Shown here in pieces: positions 34,534 to 44,339 of a stretch of 64,000 nucleotides of DNA (its first letter is position 1; every line of letters starts with the position of its first letter). The DNA is from an uncultured Candidatus Saccharibacteria bacterium (GTDB lineage: Bacteria > Patescibacteriota > Minisyncoccia > Phycocordibacterales > DATDWN01). A program made the position numbers and the translations under genes. Under the pieces are notes generated by a model that saw only the letters and a list, made by a program, of their open reading frames with translations, had not been told where the DNA came from and made no database searches. Location: NCBI GenBank assembly GCA_964576615.1, contig CAZNUU010000004.1, forward strand, positions 4,663 through 68,662, given 5' to 3'.

Positions 34534-37500
34534 ATGGAAAAAGAAGAAAAAAAATTAGGCAAATCAGATGTGGCTTTGAAAGAAGAAGCTATTTTAGAGT
34601 CCTGGCAAAAAAATAGAATATTTGAAAAGACTTTGGAAAAAAATTCCCCGAAGGGTGAGTTTGTTTTTTATGATGGGCCACCTTTTGCCACGGGCTTACC
34701 TCACTACGGTAGTTTACTTGGCTCCATCGCTAAAGATCTTTTTCCGCGTTACAAAACCATGCAAGGCTATTATGTACGCCGTCGCTGGGGCTGGGATTGT
34801 CACGGGCTTCCAATTGAAAATTTGGTGGAAAAGAAATTAGGCCTTAAACACAAAAAAGACATTGAGGTTCTGGGTATAGAGAAATTTAACGAGGAATGTC
34901 GGAGCCAGGTTCTAACTTATGTACACGATTGGAAAAAGTACATTGATCGGGTAGCTCGCTGGGTTGATTTTGATGGCTCCTACAAAACCATGGATGCCAG
35001 TTTTACTGAAAGTGTCTGGTGGGCACTTTCCGAAATGAATGAAAAAGGACTTCTCTACGAAGGTCGTAAGGTCTTACTTTATTGTCCGCACTGCGAAACT
35101 CCTCTGGCCAAGGCCGAGATTGCTATGGATAACTCTTACAAGGACATAACAGAGGAGGCTGTGACAGTAGAATTCAAGCTAAAAGATGACCCTAAGACTT
35201 CTATTCTCGCCTGGACAACAACACCGTGGACTCTCCCAGGTAACGTGGCGTTGGCAGTTCATCCTGATATTGATTACGTAGTAATAGAGAAGAAAGATAT
35301 GGGTGTGGGGGACTTGGTTCGATTTATTCTAGCTAAAAAAAAGCTCGAGGATATTTTTGGTAAAGACGAATATAGGGTTGTTGAAGAAAAAAAAGGAAGG
35401 GATTTAGTTGGCCTTGAATATGAACCTCTCTATGAAATTGAAGCAGTTAAAAAAACAGGTAAAAAAGCTTGGTATGTGACTGGAGCGGATTTTGTTAACA
35501 CGGAAGAGGGAACAGGTGTAGTTCATACAGCTGTAATTTATGGGGAGGACGATTTTAATCTAGGCCAGAAAATTGATTTACCGATGGTGCCCCTACTTTT
35601 GCCAAATGGAAATTTTAACCTGGAGGCACCAGAGTTTATTAGAGGTGTCTATCTAAAAAAAGCAGAGGGTTTGATAAAAGAAGATCTCGAGAAGCGTGGG
35701 CTTTTATTCGATAAGAAAATGAATACCCACTCCTATCCGCATTGTTACAGGTGTGGCACGCCACTCATATACAATGCACTTTCTAGCTGGTTCATTGATG
35801 TTCAGAAGATAAAGGACAAAATAATTTCGACAAACGAAAACATTAATTGGATGCCAGATCACCTGAAACACGGACGTTTTCTAGATATCATGACTAACGC
35901 GCCAGATTGGGCAATAAGCCGAAATCGTTTTTGGGCTTCACCTTTGCCGATTTGGAAAGATAGCCAAGGGAATATAACAGTTGTAAGTGGTTTGGAAGAT
36001 TTGAAAAAGCATCTTAGGAAAACTGGCAATAAATTCTTTTTAATAAGACACGGAGGGTCACTCAGCAATGAAAAAAATGTAAGCAGTTTAGTGCCGGGTG
36101 AAGAAAATGATTGCCTCACGAAAAAAGGCGAAGATCAGGTTAGAAAATCAGCCAAAGAGTTTAAAGACAAGGTTGATTTAATTATTACCTCTAATTTTAG
36201 AAGGACGCAAAAAACAGCCGAAATTTTCGCTGAAGAAAAAGGATTAAGTAAGGAGGATATCGTGGTTGATGATAGCCTGCATGAATTTATTGATGAGGGT
36301 GACCGGGCTGAAAATTATGCAGATGTCAGAAAGAGGATGGTTCATGTTCTCTCGCGTTTAGACAAAGAATATTCGGATAAAAATATTCTGGTCGTTTCTC
36401 ACGAGTATCCATTGCGAGTCCTGCTTTCCTCCCACGAATCTCTCGACGATTTTGAAGAGAGTGAAAACTTTAATAATAAATTTACTTACCTGGATAATGC
36501 CAAAATTACCCCAATAAATTTTATTTCGCTACCCCGAAATATCTTTGCTCAAGTTGATTTTCACCGACCTTATATTGATGAGGTTCAGTTATACAACGAT
36601 ATAGGGGATTCTATATATAGAATTCCGGAGGTAATTGATTGTTGGGTAGAGTCAGGCTCCATGCCTTTTGCAGAATATAATTATCCTTTTGCGCATAAGA
36701 AAGAATTTGAAAAGAGAAGCCCTGCAGATTTTATAGCAGAGTACATACCCCAAACACGTACCTGGTTTTACTATATGCATGTCGTTTCCAACGCTTTGTT
36801 TGGGCATGAAGCATTTAAAAACGTTGTCACGACGGGGAATGTTCTTGCGATAGATGGTAGCAAAATGAGTAAATCAAAAAATAATTATACCGATCCGCTT
36901 ATATTAATGGATAAATTTGGCGCAGATTCGTTACGCTACTATTTGACGACCAGTGTAGTGATGCAAGCAGAAGATTTGGCTTTTTCGGATAAGGATGTGC
37001 AAGAAATTCACCAGAGGCTTCTAAATATTTTGAGAAATGTTGCGGTATTTTACGAGACTTATAAAAGTGATTCAGAGCCAAAATTAAATCACGAGAATGT
37101 TTTAGACAAATGGATATCTATGCGCCTCAAACAATTGAGGGATGAAACCACGGTAAATTTAGATAGATTTGATTCAATCCGAGCTGGCAGACCGCTTAAG
37201 CAGCTTGTGGATGATTTGTCTACTTGGTATTTGAGAAGATCTAGAGAGCGTTTAAAGATGGGCGGAGAAGAGGGGGAGAAAGCACTCCAGCATTTAGCCT
37301 TTATTCTCGGGGAGCTATCAAAGCTTATTGCACCGTTTGTGCCGTATGTTGCTGAGGAAATTTACCAGAAAGTTAAAGGCAAAAGAGGCCTACAAAGTGT
37401 GCATTTAGAAAGTTGGCCAGAAATGAGGGATGTAAATGTTGAACCAGATTTTCTAGCTATCATGTCTAATACCAGAGAAATAGTAACTCAAGCTCTCGAG

Positions 37501-37914
37501 TTAAGGCAGGAGGCTAATATAAAGGTGCGTCAACCCCTGGCGTCACTCACTATTCCTGAGAGTTTGCCAAAAGAGTTTTTGGAAATTTTACGAGATGAAG
37601 TTAATGTCAAAGAGGTAAAAGTTGGTGGTGATTTAAATCTTGATACTAATTTAACCCCCGAACTTCTCGCGGAGGGGCTGGTACGGGATGTTATAAGAGG
37701 GATTCAAGATGTGAGAAAAACAGAAGGTTTAAATCCAAATCAAAAGATAAAGATAGTTGCTCATGCCGATAAGGAGTTAGAAAAAATGATTAATTCAAAT
37801 TTAAGCCAAATTAAACAGCCGACTCAGGTATCTGGCGTTTCTTTCTCGAGAGAAGAACAAAAACATAAAATTGCACTTGAAAAAAACAAACTCTCTGTTT
37901 CAATAGAGAAGTAA
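34534..37914 (+). CDS. ileS: Isoleucine--tRNA ligase with an inserted histidine-phosphatase (PGAM-like) domain.
   Basis: The HIGH-class motif PHYGS and the KMSKS motif are present. WAISRNRFWASPLPIW is present. The insert between that and DCWVESGSMPFA carries FLIRHGGSLSNEKN and VVSHEYPLRVLL, which are the RHG and SH motifs of histidine phosphatases. Confidence 0.85.
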   Translation: MEKEEKKLGKSDVALKEEAILESWQKNRIFEKTLEKNSPKGEFVFYDGPPFATGLPHYGSLLGSIAKDLFPRYKTMQGYYVRRRWGWDCHGLPIENLVEKKLGLKHKKDIEVLGIEKFNEECRSQVLTYVHDWKKYIDRVARWVDFDGSYKTMDASFTESVWWALSEMNEKGLLYEGRKVLLYCPHCETPLAKAEIAMDNSYKDITEEAVTVEFKLKDDPKTSILAWTTTPWTLPGNVALAVHPDIDYVVIEKKDMGVGDLVRFILAKKKLEDIFGKDEYRVVEEKKGRDLVGLEYEPLYEIEAVKKTGKKAWYVTGADFVNTEEGTGVVHTAVIYGEDDFNLGQKIDLPMVPLLLPNGNFNLEAPEFIRGVYLKKAEGLIKEDLEKRGLLFDKKMNTHSYPHCYRCGTPLIYNALSSWFIDVQKIKDKIISTNENINWMPDHLKHGRFLDIMTNAPDWAISRNRFWASPLPIWKDSQGNITVVSGLEDLKKHLRKTGNKFFLIRHGGSLSNEKNVSSLVPGEENDCLTKKGEDQVRKSAKEFKDKVDLIITSNFRRTQKTAEIFAEEKGLSKEDIVVDDSLHEFIDEGDRAENYADVRKRMVHVLSRLDKEYSDKNILVVSHEYPLRVLLSSHESLDDFEESENFNNKFTYLDNAKITPINFISLPRNIFAQVDFHRPYIDEVQLYNDIGDSIYRIPEVIDCWVESGSMPFAEYNYPFAHKKEFEKRSPADFIAEYIPQTRTWFYYMHVVSNALFGHEAFKNVVTTGNVLAIDGSKMSKSKNNYTDPLILMDKFGADSLRYYLTTSVVMQAEDLAFSDKDVQEIHQRLLNILRNVAVFYETYKSDSEPKLNHENVLDKWISMRLKQLRDETTVNLDRFDSIRAGRPLKQLVDDLSTWYLRRSRERLKMGGEEGEKALQHLAFILGELSKLIAPFVPYVAEEIYQKVKGKRGLQSVHLESWPEMRDVNVEPDFLAIMSNTREIVTQALELRQEANIKVRQPLASLTIPESLPKEFLEILRDEVNVKEVKVGGDLNLDTNLTPELLAEGLVRDVIRGIQDVRKTEGLNPNQKIKIVAHADKELEKMINSNLSQIKQPTQVSGVSFSREEQKHKIALEKNKLSVSIEK

Positions 37915-38498
37915 TGTCGTATCACATATATTCTACAGAAGGGATTATCTTAAAACGCATACCCCAGGGCGAAGCCAGTGCTACTTTTTATATTTTGACC
38001 GAAAAATTTGGTCTTATTATTGCTTCGGCAAGGTCAGTAAGAGTGATGGTCTCAAAACTTCGTCCAGCCCTTCAAGAGTTTGAAAACATAAACCTGTCTT
38101 GCATTAAAGGGAAAAATGGTTGGAAGGTGACAAATGTAGTTAGTTTGGGGAGTTATTTTTTTGAGAGTCAAGATTTTGCTAAAAAGATACTTGCTCAAAT
38201 CTCTTCTTTTTTGATGCGGACAATAACGGGAGAGTTACCTCATCCTAAAATATTTGAGACGGTAAAAAGTGGATTTGAGTTTCTTCGGACTCTTAACAAA
38301 AAAGAAGTTTCTAATTTTGAGGTCTTAATTATGCTGAGGATCCTATTTGAGCTAGGTTACGTTGAGAAAAATCCAGATATTAGAATCTATCTTGATGATT
38401 TAACAAAGTGGAGTACTGGTTTACTGGAGAAAATTGAAGAAAACAAGCTTGAAACCATCGCCATAATTAACAAGGCCTTGAAAGAGAGCCATTTGTAA
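37914..38498 (+). CDS. recO: DNA repair protein RecO (short form).
   Basis: The N-terminal OB-fold region reads STEGIILKRIPQGEASATFYILTEKFG. 194 aa. Confidence 0.6.
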   Translation: MSYHIYSTEGIILKRIPQGEASATFYILTEKFGLIIASARSVRVMVSKLRPALQEFENINLSCIKGKNGWKVTNVVSLGSYFFESQDFAKKILAQISSFLMRTITGELPHPKIFETVKSGFEFLRTLNKKEVSNFEVLIMLRILFELGYVEKNPDIRIYLDDLTKWSTGLLEKIEENKLETIAIINKALKESHL

Positions 38499-38655
38499 AA
38501 TCTATGGTATTTTTTGCGAATTTCTGCGTTACTCGCTCCGTTTGCTCCACGCGCAGTATTACTCATACAGCTTGGTCGCAATACTCGCTCGTGCCTTGAA
38601 CTTCACAAAAAATCCTCATAGCTTTCCTGATTACGGTTCATGATATAATTTAAAT

Positions 38656-40551
38656 ATGGATGAAGAAGAGAGTAGTATAGAGCGCCTGAAAAAATCGCTA
38701 TATACCAGGAATGAAAAACTTGTTCCTAAAGAAAAAAGGACACCAGTTTCTCCCCATGAAGTTGAGGCGCCGCCAGATTGGGGTGGTAAGAGGACATTTG
38801 ATTATTCTCCAGAGGTTGTAATAAAAAGAAATAATTCTTTTTTCAATAAATTTTTAATCGGCAGCCTTGTCTTTTTTACCCTATCTTTAGCTATTGCTCT
38901 CTTTATCTTTTTTGGTGGTCTTAACATGATTTCATCTAATAATCTCACTCTCGAGATTACTGCACCAAGTTCGGTTTCCTCTGGCGAAGAATTAGACATT
39001 GGTTTAACCATAACCAATCAAAATAGAACGGATCTGGAAGAAGCCTCCCTCATTATTGATTATCCGGAAGGTGCACAATCTGTGGGGGATAATAATAAAC
39101 CTTTGGTTCACGAAAAAATTGATCTTGGTACAATCGCCAAACATGACAAAACAAATTACACCGTGAGAGCGCTACTTTTTGGCGATAAAGACGTAACAAA
39201 GACGTTTAATTTCAGAATTGAGTACAAAGTTAAGGGTTCAAATGCCGTTTTCTCAAAAGAGAAATCCTTCGATGTTCTAATCGGTTCTTCACCGTTACTT
39301 CTCAATGTAAGCTACCCAACTCAGATTACTTCAGGCGATACAATTACTTTAAAATTAGAAATTACCTCAAACTCGTCTGTGCCCATTAGGAATGCTCTGG
39401 TGAAAATTGAATATCCATACGGGTTTACGTATAAAACTTCAAATGTGAAACCACTGCGCAGTAATTCTGTTTGGAACATAGGGGACTTGAAAAACGGGGA
39501 CAAGAAAACACTGACAGTTACAGGGGTTCTCATTGGCCAGAATCAAGAGGATAGATCATTTAGAATTTCTGCTGGAACGCCTGATTCAGGCTCGAACGAT
39601 TTTACTGAAAGCCTAGCTCAAACTATTGTTACTTTAGGTATAAGAAAATCGTTTTTCGATTTGGGAATAAACCTGGTTGGGGGGACTGTAGTTCATCCCA
39701 ATGAAAATATACAAATGCAAGTCATGTGGGAGAATACTTTACCGGACAGAGTCCTTAACAATGTTATTTTAGTTAAGCTCTCTGGAAATGCTATTGATCG
39801 GTCCCTCATAAGTGTTAATAATGGAGGGTTTTACAGATCTGGCGATGACACTATTACTTGGGACAAAAACGGCGATAATGATCTACAAGAACTATCTCCG
39901 GGGGATCATAATCAAGTGACATTTTCACTACATTCCCTACAGGATAATTTAAATAGGCTCGTAAAAAATCCCCATATCGATGTGAATGTGGTTATGACCG
40001 GAGACAGGTCTGGAACAAATGTAGAGAGCATATCTTCAGTTGCTGATTACTCAGTTAAAATTTCCTCCACTCTTACTCTGGTAGGCAAAACATACAGAAG
40101 TGTCGGTCCGTTCTCAAACACCGGCTCGATACCGCCTCGGGTTGATAAAGAAAGCACTTATACTATTTATTGGTCTGTTTCTAACACAACGAATGACTTA
40201 AAAAATACTCTGGTTACGGCAACTCTACCTCCGGGAGCAGTTTGGAAAAACGAGACTTCAGCTGGTACCGGCAGTATTTCATATGATCCAGATAGTAGGT
40301 TAGTAACTTGGAATATCGGGAATGTCTCAGCAGGAGTTGGGTATAGCTACCCTGTTCTAGAAGCATATTTTAAAGTTGGCCTAACGCCAAGTGCAAACCA
40401 AGTCGGCTCGCCGGCAGTGGTTATAAACGAATCTAAACTTGAGGCGCTAGATACATATAGTGGCAATACTTTAACAGAAGGTATAACTACTTTAACCACC
40501 CATTACGCTGATCCGGATTTTTCTACTGGTAAGGATAATGTGACAAAGTAA
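38656..40551 (+). CDS. Single-pass membrane protein with a large extracellular beta-sandwich repeat region (CARDB/DUF11-like). Function unknown.
   Basis: The topology is a cytoplasmic N-terminus, then the TM segment FLIGSLVFFTLSLAIALFIFF, then ~540 aa of repetitive extracellular sequence. Confidence 0.45.
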   Translation: MDEEESSIERLKKSLYTRNEKLVPKEKRTPVSPHEVEAPPDWGGKRTFDYSPEVVIKRNNSFFNKFLIGSLVFFTLSLAIALFIFFGGLNMISSNNLTLEITAPSSVSSGEELDIGLTITNQNRTDLEEASLIIDYPEGAQSVGDNNKPLVHEKIDLGTIAKHDKTNYTVRALLFGDKDVTKTFNFRIEYKVKGSNAVFSKEKSFDVLIGSSPLLLNVSYPTQITSGDTITLKLEITSNSSVPIRNALVKIEYPYGFTYKTSNVKPLRSNSVWNIGDLKNGDKKTLTVTGVLIGQNQEDRSFRISAGTPDSGSNDFTESLAQTIVTLGIRKSFFDLGINLVGGTVVHPNENIQMQVMWENTLPDRVLNNVILVKLSGNAIDRSLISVNNGGFYRSGDDTITWDKNGDNDLQELSPGDHNQVTFSLHSLQDNLNRLVKNPHIDVNVVMTGDRSGTNVESISSVADYSVKISSTLTLVGKTYRSVGPFSNTGSIPPRVDKESTYTIYWSVSNTTNDLKNTLVTATLPPGAVWKNETSAGTGSISYDPDSRLVTWNIGNVSAGVGYSYPVLEAYFKVGLTPSANQVGSPAVVINESKLEALDTYSGNTLTEGITTLTTHYADPDFSTGKDNVTK

Positions 40552-40574
40552 TATTAATTCTATATATTAAGAAA

Positions 40575-41885
40575 ATGAAAAAAGACGAGGCCTTGATGGA
40601 AAAAATAGTTTCTTTGTGTAAACGTAGAGGCTTTGTTTTGGCCAGTTCTGAAATCTACGGTGGACTCTCCGGTGTTTGGGATTATGGTCACTATGGTCAA
40701 GCTCTAGCGCACAATGTAAAAGATCTTTGGTGGAAACACTTTGTCACGGAGCAAGAAAACATGTTCGGTCTGTCGACTTCCACTTTAATGCCTGAAGCTG
40801 TCTGGAAGGCGAGTGGACATTTGGATGGGTTTTCAGATCCAATGGTAGTTTGCAAAAATGGTCATGCTTTTAGGGAAGACCAACTAGAGGATTCTAAAAA
40901 ATGTCCAGAATGTGGAGCTGAATTTACTCAAAGTAGCAATTTCAACTTAATGTTTCCAGTTTCGATGGGAGCAAATAAAGATAGCAAAAATCAAGCATAT
41001 CTCCGAGGGGAAATCGCCCAAGGTATGTTTGTAAATTTTAAAAATATTCTCGATACCATGCATCCTAAGCTCCCTTTTGGGATTGCCCAAATCGGTAGAG
41101 CATACAGAAATGAGATTGCGCCCAGAGATTTTCTTTTTCGAGTTCGTGAGTTTGATCTTATGGAATTTGAATATTTTGTTCGGGAGTCGGATTGGGAAAA
41201 ATATTTTGAAATGTGGAGAGATCAAATGTGGCATTGGATAGAGCGAGTAGGTATAGACAAACATAGAGTCACTGAGCTTGAGGTGAGGGCCGAAGACAGA
41301 GCACATTATTCCAAAAGAACAATTGATTTTGAATTCGAATATCCTTTTGGCAAGAAAGAGCTCTATGGTTTGGCTTATAGAACTGATTATGATCTAAAAA
41401 ATCATTCGGCTGCATCTGGGGTGGAGCTTTCTTACTTTGATGAGGAAAATAAAGACAAGTTTATTCCACATGTTATTGAGCCGACATTTGGTCACGGCAG
41501 AACAATTCTCTCGGTTATCTTGTCTGCATACAGAGAGGATGAAATGGGAGGAGAATCCAGAAATTATCTTGCCTTTAGGCCTAGTATAGCTCCAGTCAAA
41601 GTAGCTGTTTTCCCATTACTTAAGAACAAACCTGAATTAGTCGAGAAAGCTCGCGAAATTTACAAAAAACTGAAAAAGGAATTTGGCGATGTTGAATTTG
41701 ATGATAATGGCAACATCGGCAAACGTTACAGAAGACAAGATGAGATTGGCACACCCTGGTGCATTACCGTTGATTTTGAAACCATCGAGAAAGATGCGGG
41801 AGTTACGGTGCGGGATCGTGATACAGGTAAGCAAGACAGGATGCAGGTAGAAGAACTCATCTCCTATATAAAAGAGAGACTATAA
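40575..41885 (+). CDS. glyQS: Glycine--tRNA ligase (alpha2 dimeric type).
   Basis: The N-terminus IVSLCKRRGFVLASSEIYGGLSGVWDYGHYG is present. Class II motifs and a C-terminal anticodon-binding domain are present. Confidence 0.85.
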   Translation: MKKDEALMEKIVSLCKRRGFVLASSEIYGGLSGVWDYGHYGQALAHNVKDLWWKHFVTEQENMFGLSTSTLMPEAVWKASGHLDGFSDPMVVCKNGHAFREDQLEDSKKCPECGAEFTQSSNFNLMFPVSMGANKDSKNQAYLRGEIAQGMFVNFKNILDTMHPKLPFGIAQIGRAYRNEIAPRDFLFRVREFDLMEFEYFVRESDWEKYFEMWRDQMWHWIERVGIDKHRVTELEVRAEDRAHYSKRTIDFEFEYPFGKKELYGLAYRTDYDLKNHSAASGVELSYFDEENKDKFIPHVIEPTFGHGRTILSVILSAYREDEMGGESRNYLAFRPSIAPVKVAVFPLLKNKPELVEKAREIYKKLKKEFGDVEFDDNGNIGKRYRRQDEIGTPWCITVDFETIEKDAGVTVRDRDTGKQDRMQVEELISYIKERL

Positions 41886-41926
41886 ATTACTTTGTTTTTG
41901 GTTTGGGGTTGTGCTATATTCAGCTG

Positions 41927-43195
41927 ATGAATTTTAAGAAAAAAACGTTCAAAAATGGAATGCGGGCCGTTGTTGTCTCTATGCCAGAGTCTCCCTCTGT
42001 CACGGTAATGTCGATGATTGAGACAGGTTCGGAATATGAAAAAAAGAATAAAAACGGCATATCTCACTTTTTGGAGCATATGTTTTTCAAAGGTACAAAA
42101 AATCGCAAAACTTCTCTAGATATTTCTAAGGAATTTGATGGGATGGGAGCACAGCACAATGCTTTCACTTCGAACGAGGTAACTGCTTACTATGGTAAGG
42201 CAGCAAACAAAAATTTTGGGAAGATTCTGGATATTATTTCCGATATGTATTTAAATCCTACTTTTCCAGAGAAAGAATTAGAAAAAGAGAAGGGGGTAAT
42301 AATCGAGGAGATAAATATGTACGAGGATCTCCCTCAGAGACATGTGCACGAAGTATTTCAAGAACTTCTGTATGGTGATACACCTCATGGTTGGACTGTC
42401 TTGGGGCCAAAGGAAAACATTAGAGGAATGAAACAAAAAGATTTCATCGATTACCGGAAGACCCACTATGTTGCTAAGAAAACTCTAGTTGTAGTGGCAG
42501 GCAATGTCGCTCCCGAAGACGCCTTTAATAAAATCGAGAAAGCTTTCAAGAATATCCCTACCGGAAAAGTGGTTGGTAAAGAGAAGCTGTTGGAAAAACA
42601 AAACAAACCTGAAATAAAGATAAAGCACAAGGATACTGATCAAATGCATATAATCATCGGTTTTAGAACTTTCGATCTCTATGATAAGAGAATGCCAACT
42701 TTGAAGGTTTTAAATACTGTTCTAGGTAGAGGAATGAGTTCGAGGCTTTTCCAAAAAATGAGAGAGGAATTAGGCATTTGCTATTATATTCGTTCATACA
42801 TTAACGACCTAACAGATCATGGCAATTTTATTATTACTGCGGGTGTAGATAAGACGCGGCTGGACCAAGCTATCGTCGGCATACTTGAGGAAGTCAAAAA
42901 AATGGTAAACGAGACAGTAAAGGGAGAGGAGTTAAAAAAAGCAAAGGATTTCTTAATCGGCAATATGCATCTTAATCTAGAAGCTTCTGATGATGTTGCA
43001 AATTTTTACGGATTTCAAGAGATAATGCGGGAGATAGTAAAAACACCTGCCCAGATAGAAAAAGACATGAATAAAGTTAAGGCTGGGGACATTCAAAGAC
43101 TCGCAAAACAGATTTTTAAGAATGGCAATTTAAACCTTGCAATTGTTGGCAACGTTAAGGATGAAAAGCCTTTACGAAAAATTCTTCATTTTTAA
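41927..43195 (+). CDS. M16-family zinc peptidase (insulinase-like).
   Basis: The inverted zinc motif HFLEHMFFKGT (HxxEH) is present. The start was taken at MNFKKKTF. Confidence 0.75.
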   Translation: MNFKKKTFKNGMRAVVVSMPESPSVTVMSMIETGSEYEKKNKNGISHFLEHMFFKGTKNRKTSLDISKEFDGMGAQHNAFTSNEVTAYYGKAANKNFGKILDIISDMYLNPTFPEKELEKEKGVIIEEINMYEDLPQRHVHEVFQELLYGDTPHGWTVLGPKENIRGMKQKDFIDYRKTHYVAKKTLVVVAGNVAPEDAFNKIEKAFKNIPTGKVVGKEKLLEKQNKPEIKIKHKDTDQMHIIIGFRTFDLYDKRMPTLKVLNTVLGRGMSSRLFQKMREELGICYYIRSYINDLTDHGNFIITAGVDKTRLDQAIVGILEEVKKMVNETVKGEELKKAKDFLIGNMHLNLEASDDVANFYGFQEIMREIVKTPAQIEKDMNKVKAGDIQRLAKQIFKNGNLNLAIVGNVKDEKPLRKILHF

Positions 43196-43244
43196 TTCAT
43201 TCTCCCTTGTGTTATTATGTTTTTAGTGTTATTTTTCTATTTCC

Positions 43245-44324
43245 ATGGAAATTAGAGAACAAACTATTCACATAAGTGCGGGTTCCATAGCAAAAGCCAT
43301 TTTTGTATTGCTACTTTTTGCTGCTCTATTTTTACTTAAAGATTTAGTTCTAGTTCTCTTAATGTCTATTGTTATTGCTTCAGCTATGGAGCCAGCAACC
43401 CAGTGGTTTACCAGAAGGGGCTTGCCCAGACTTTTTGCTGTCATCCTGATTTATTTCACTATTGCTATCTGTCTTATTGCAATTGTTTTCTTTTTGCTCA
43501 TTCCACTTCTTTCGGAAACCTCCGATTTCTTAAAAAATCTTCCATCTTATCTCAATGCCAGGGTGGTTGAGAGAACTATCGCAAATAGTGAGTTCTTATC
43601 TTCTCAACCATTCGTTGCCGGTCTTACAGACAGTATAAACATCTCGCATATAATTACTGAGGTAAATGATTTGATAGTTACAATTTCTTCAAATGCGTTC
43701 GGGGCAGTGACGACTATCTTCGGAGGAATTTTAAGTTTTATTTTGATGATCGTCATATCGTTTTATTTGTCCGTCGAGGACGATGGAGTAGGGAAGTTCC
43801 TTAAGGCGATCACACCTTTAAAGCATGAGAAGTACATGGTTGCCCTCTGGAAGAGATCCCAGAGGAAAATAGGTCTTTGGATGCAGGGGCAGTTTGTGTT
43901 GGCTATTATAATCGGAATGCTAGTTTATCTCGGTCTCCTAATCCTAAATGTGCCAAATGCCTTACTTTTGGCTGCTCTAGCTGCTGCATTTGAAATTATC
44001 CCTCTTTTTGGGCCTATTTTGGCCTCAATACCAGCAATTGGCATAGCTTTCTCAAGTGGGGGGTTGGCCCTGGCCTTACTTGTGGTAGGTCTTTACGTTA
44101 TCATCCATCAGTTCGAAAATCAGCTGATTTACCCCCTTGTGGTGAAGAAAGTTGTGGGGGTCTCTCCAGTAATTTCAATTGTGGCCTTAATTGCTGGCTT
44201 TAAATTAGCTGGGTTTTTAGGCTTAGTACTCTCTGTTCCAATTGCGACCGCTGTTATAGAATTTGTCAGTGACTTTGAAAAAGACAAAATAGAGAAATTT
44301 GAAAGGATGCAATCTGCCGAGTAA
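43245..44324 (+). CDS. AI-2E family transporter (PerM/UPF0118).
   Basis: An eight-TM profile. The C-terminal conserved region reads YVIIHQFENQLIYPLVVKKVVGVSPV. Confidence 0.7.
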   Translation: MEIREQTIHISAGSIAKAIFVLLLFAALFLLKDLVLVLLMSIVIASAMEPATQWFTRRGLPRLFAVILIYFTIAICLIAIVFFLLIPLLSETSDFLKNLPSYLNARVVERTIANSEFLSSQPFVAGLTDSINISHIITEVNDLIVTISSNAFGAVTTIFGGILSFILMIVISFYLSVEDDGVGKFLKAITPLKHEKYMVALWKRSQRKIGLWMQGQFVLAIIIGMLVYLGLLILNVPNALLLAALAAAFEIIPLFGPILASIPAIGIAFSSGGLALALLVVGLYVIIHQFENQLIYPLVVKKVVGVSPVISIVALIAGFKLAGFLGLVLSVPIATAVIEFVSDFEKDKIEKFERMQSAE

Positions 44325-44339
44325 TTTTCTCTGGATTAG

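Noticed and set aside
38520-38600. A GC-rich patch (tactcgctc...cgctcgtgcc) between recO and the next gene. It might be a fifth, degenerate copy of the conserved-core element.
   Set aside because: I could not align it convincingly to the core and it has no flanking inverted repeat.
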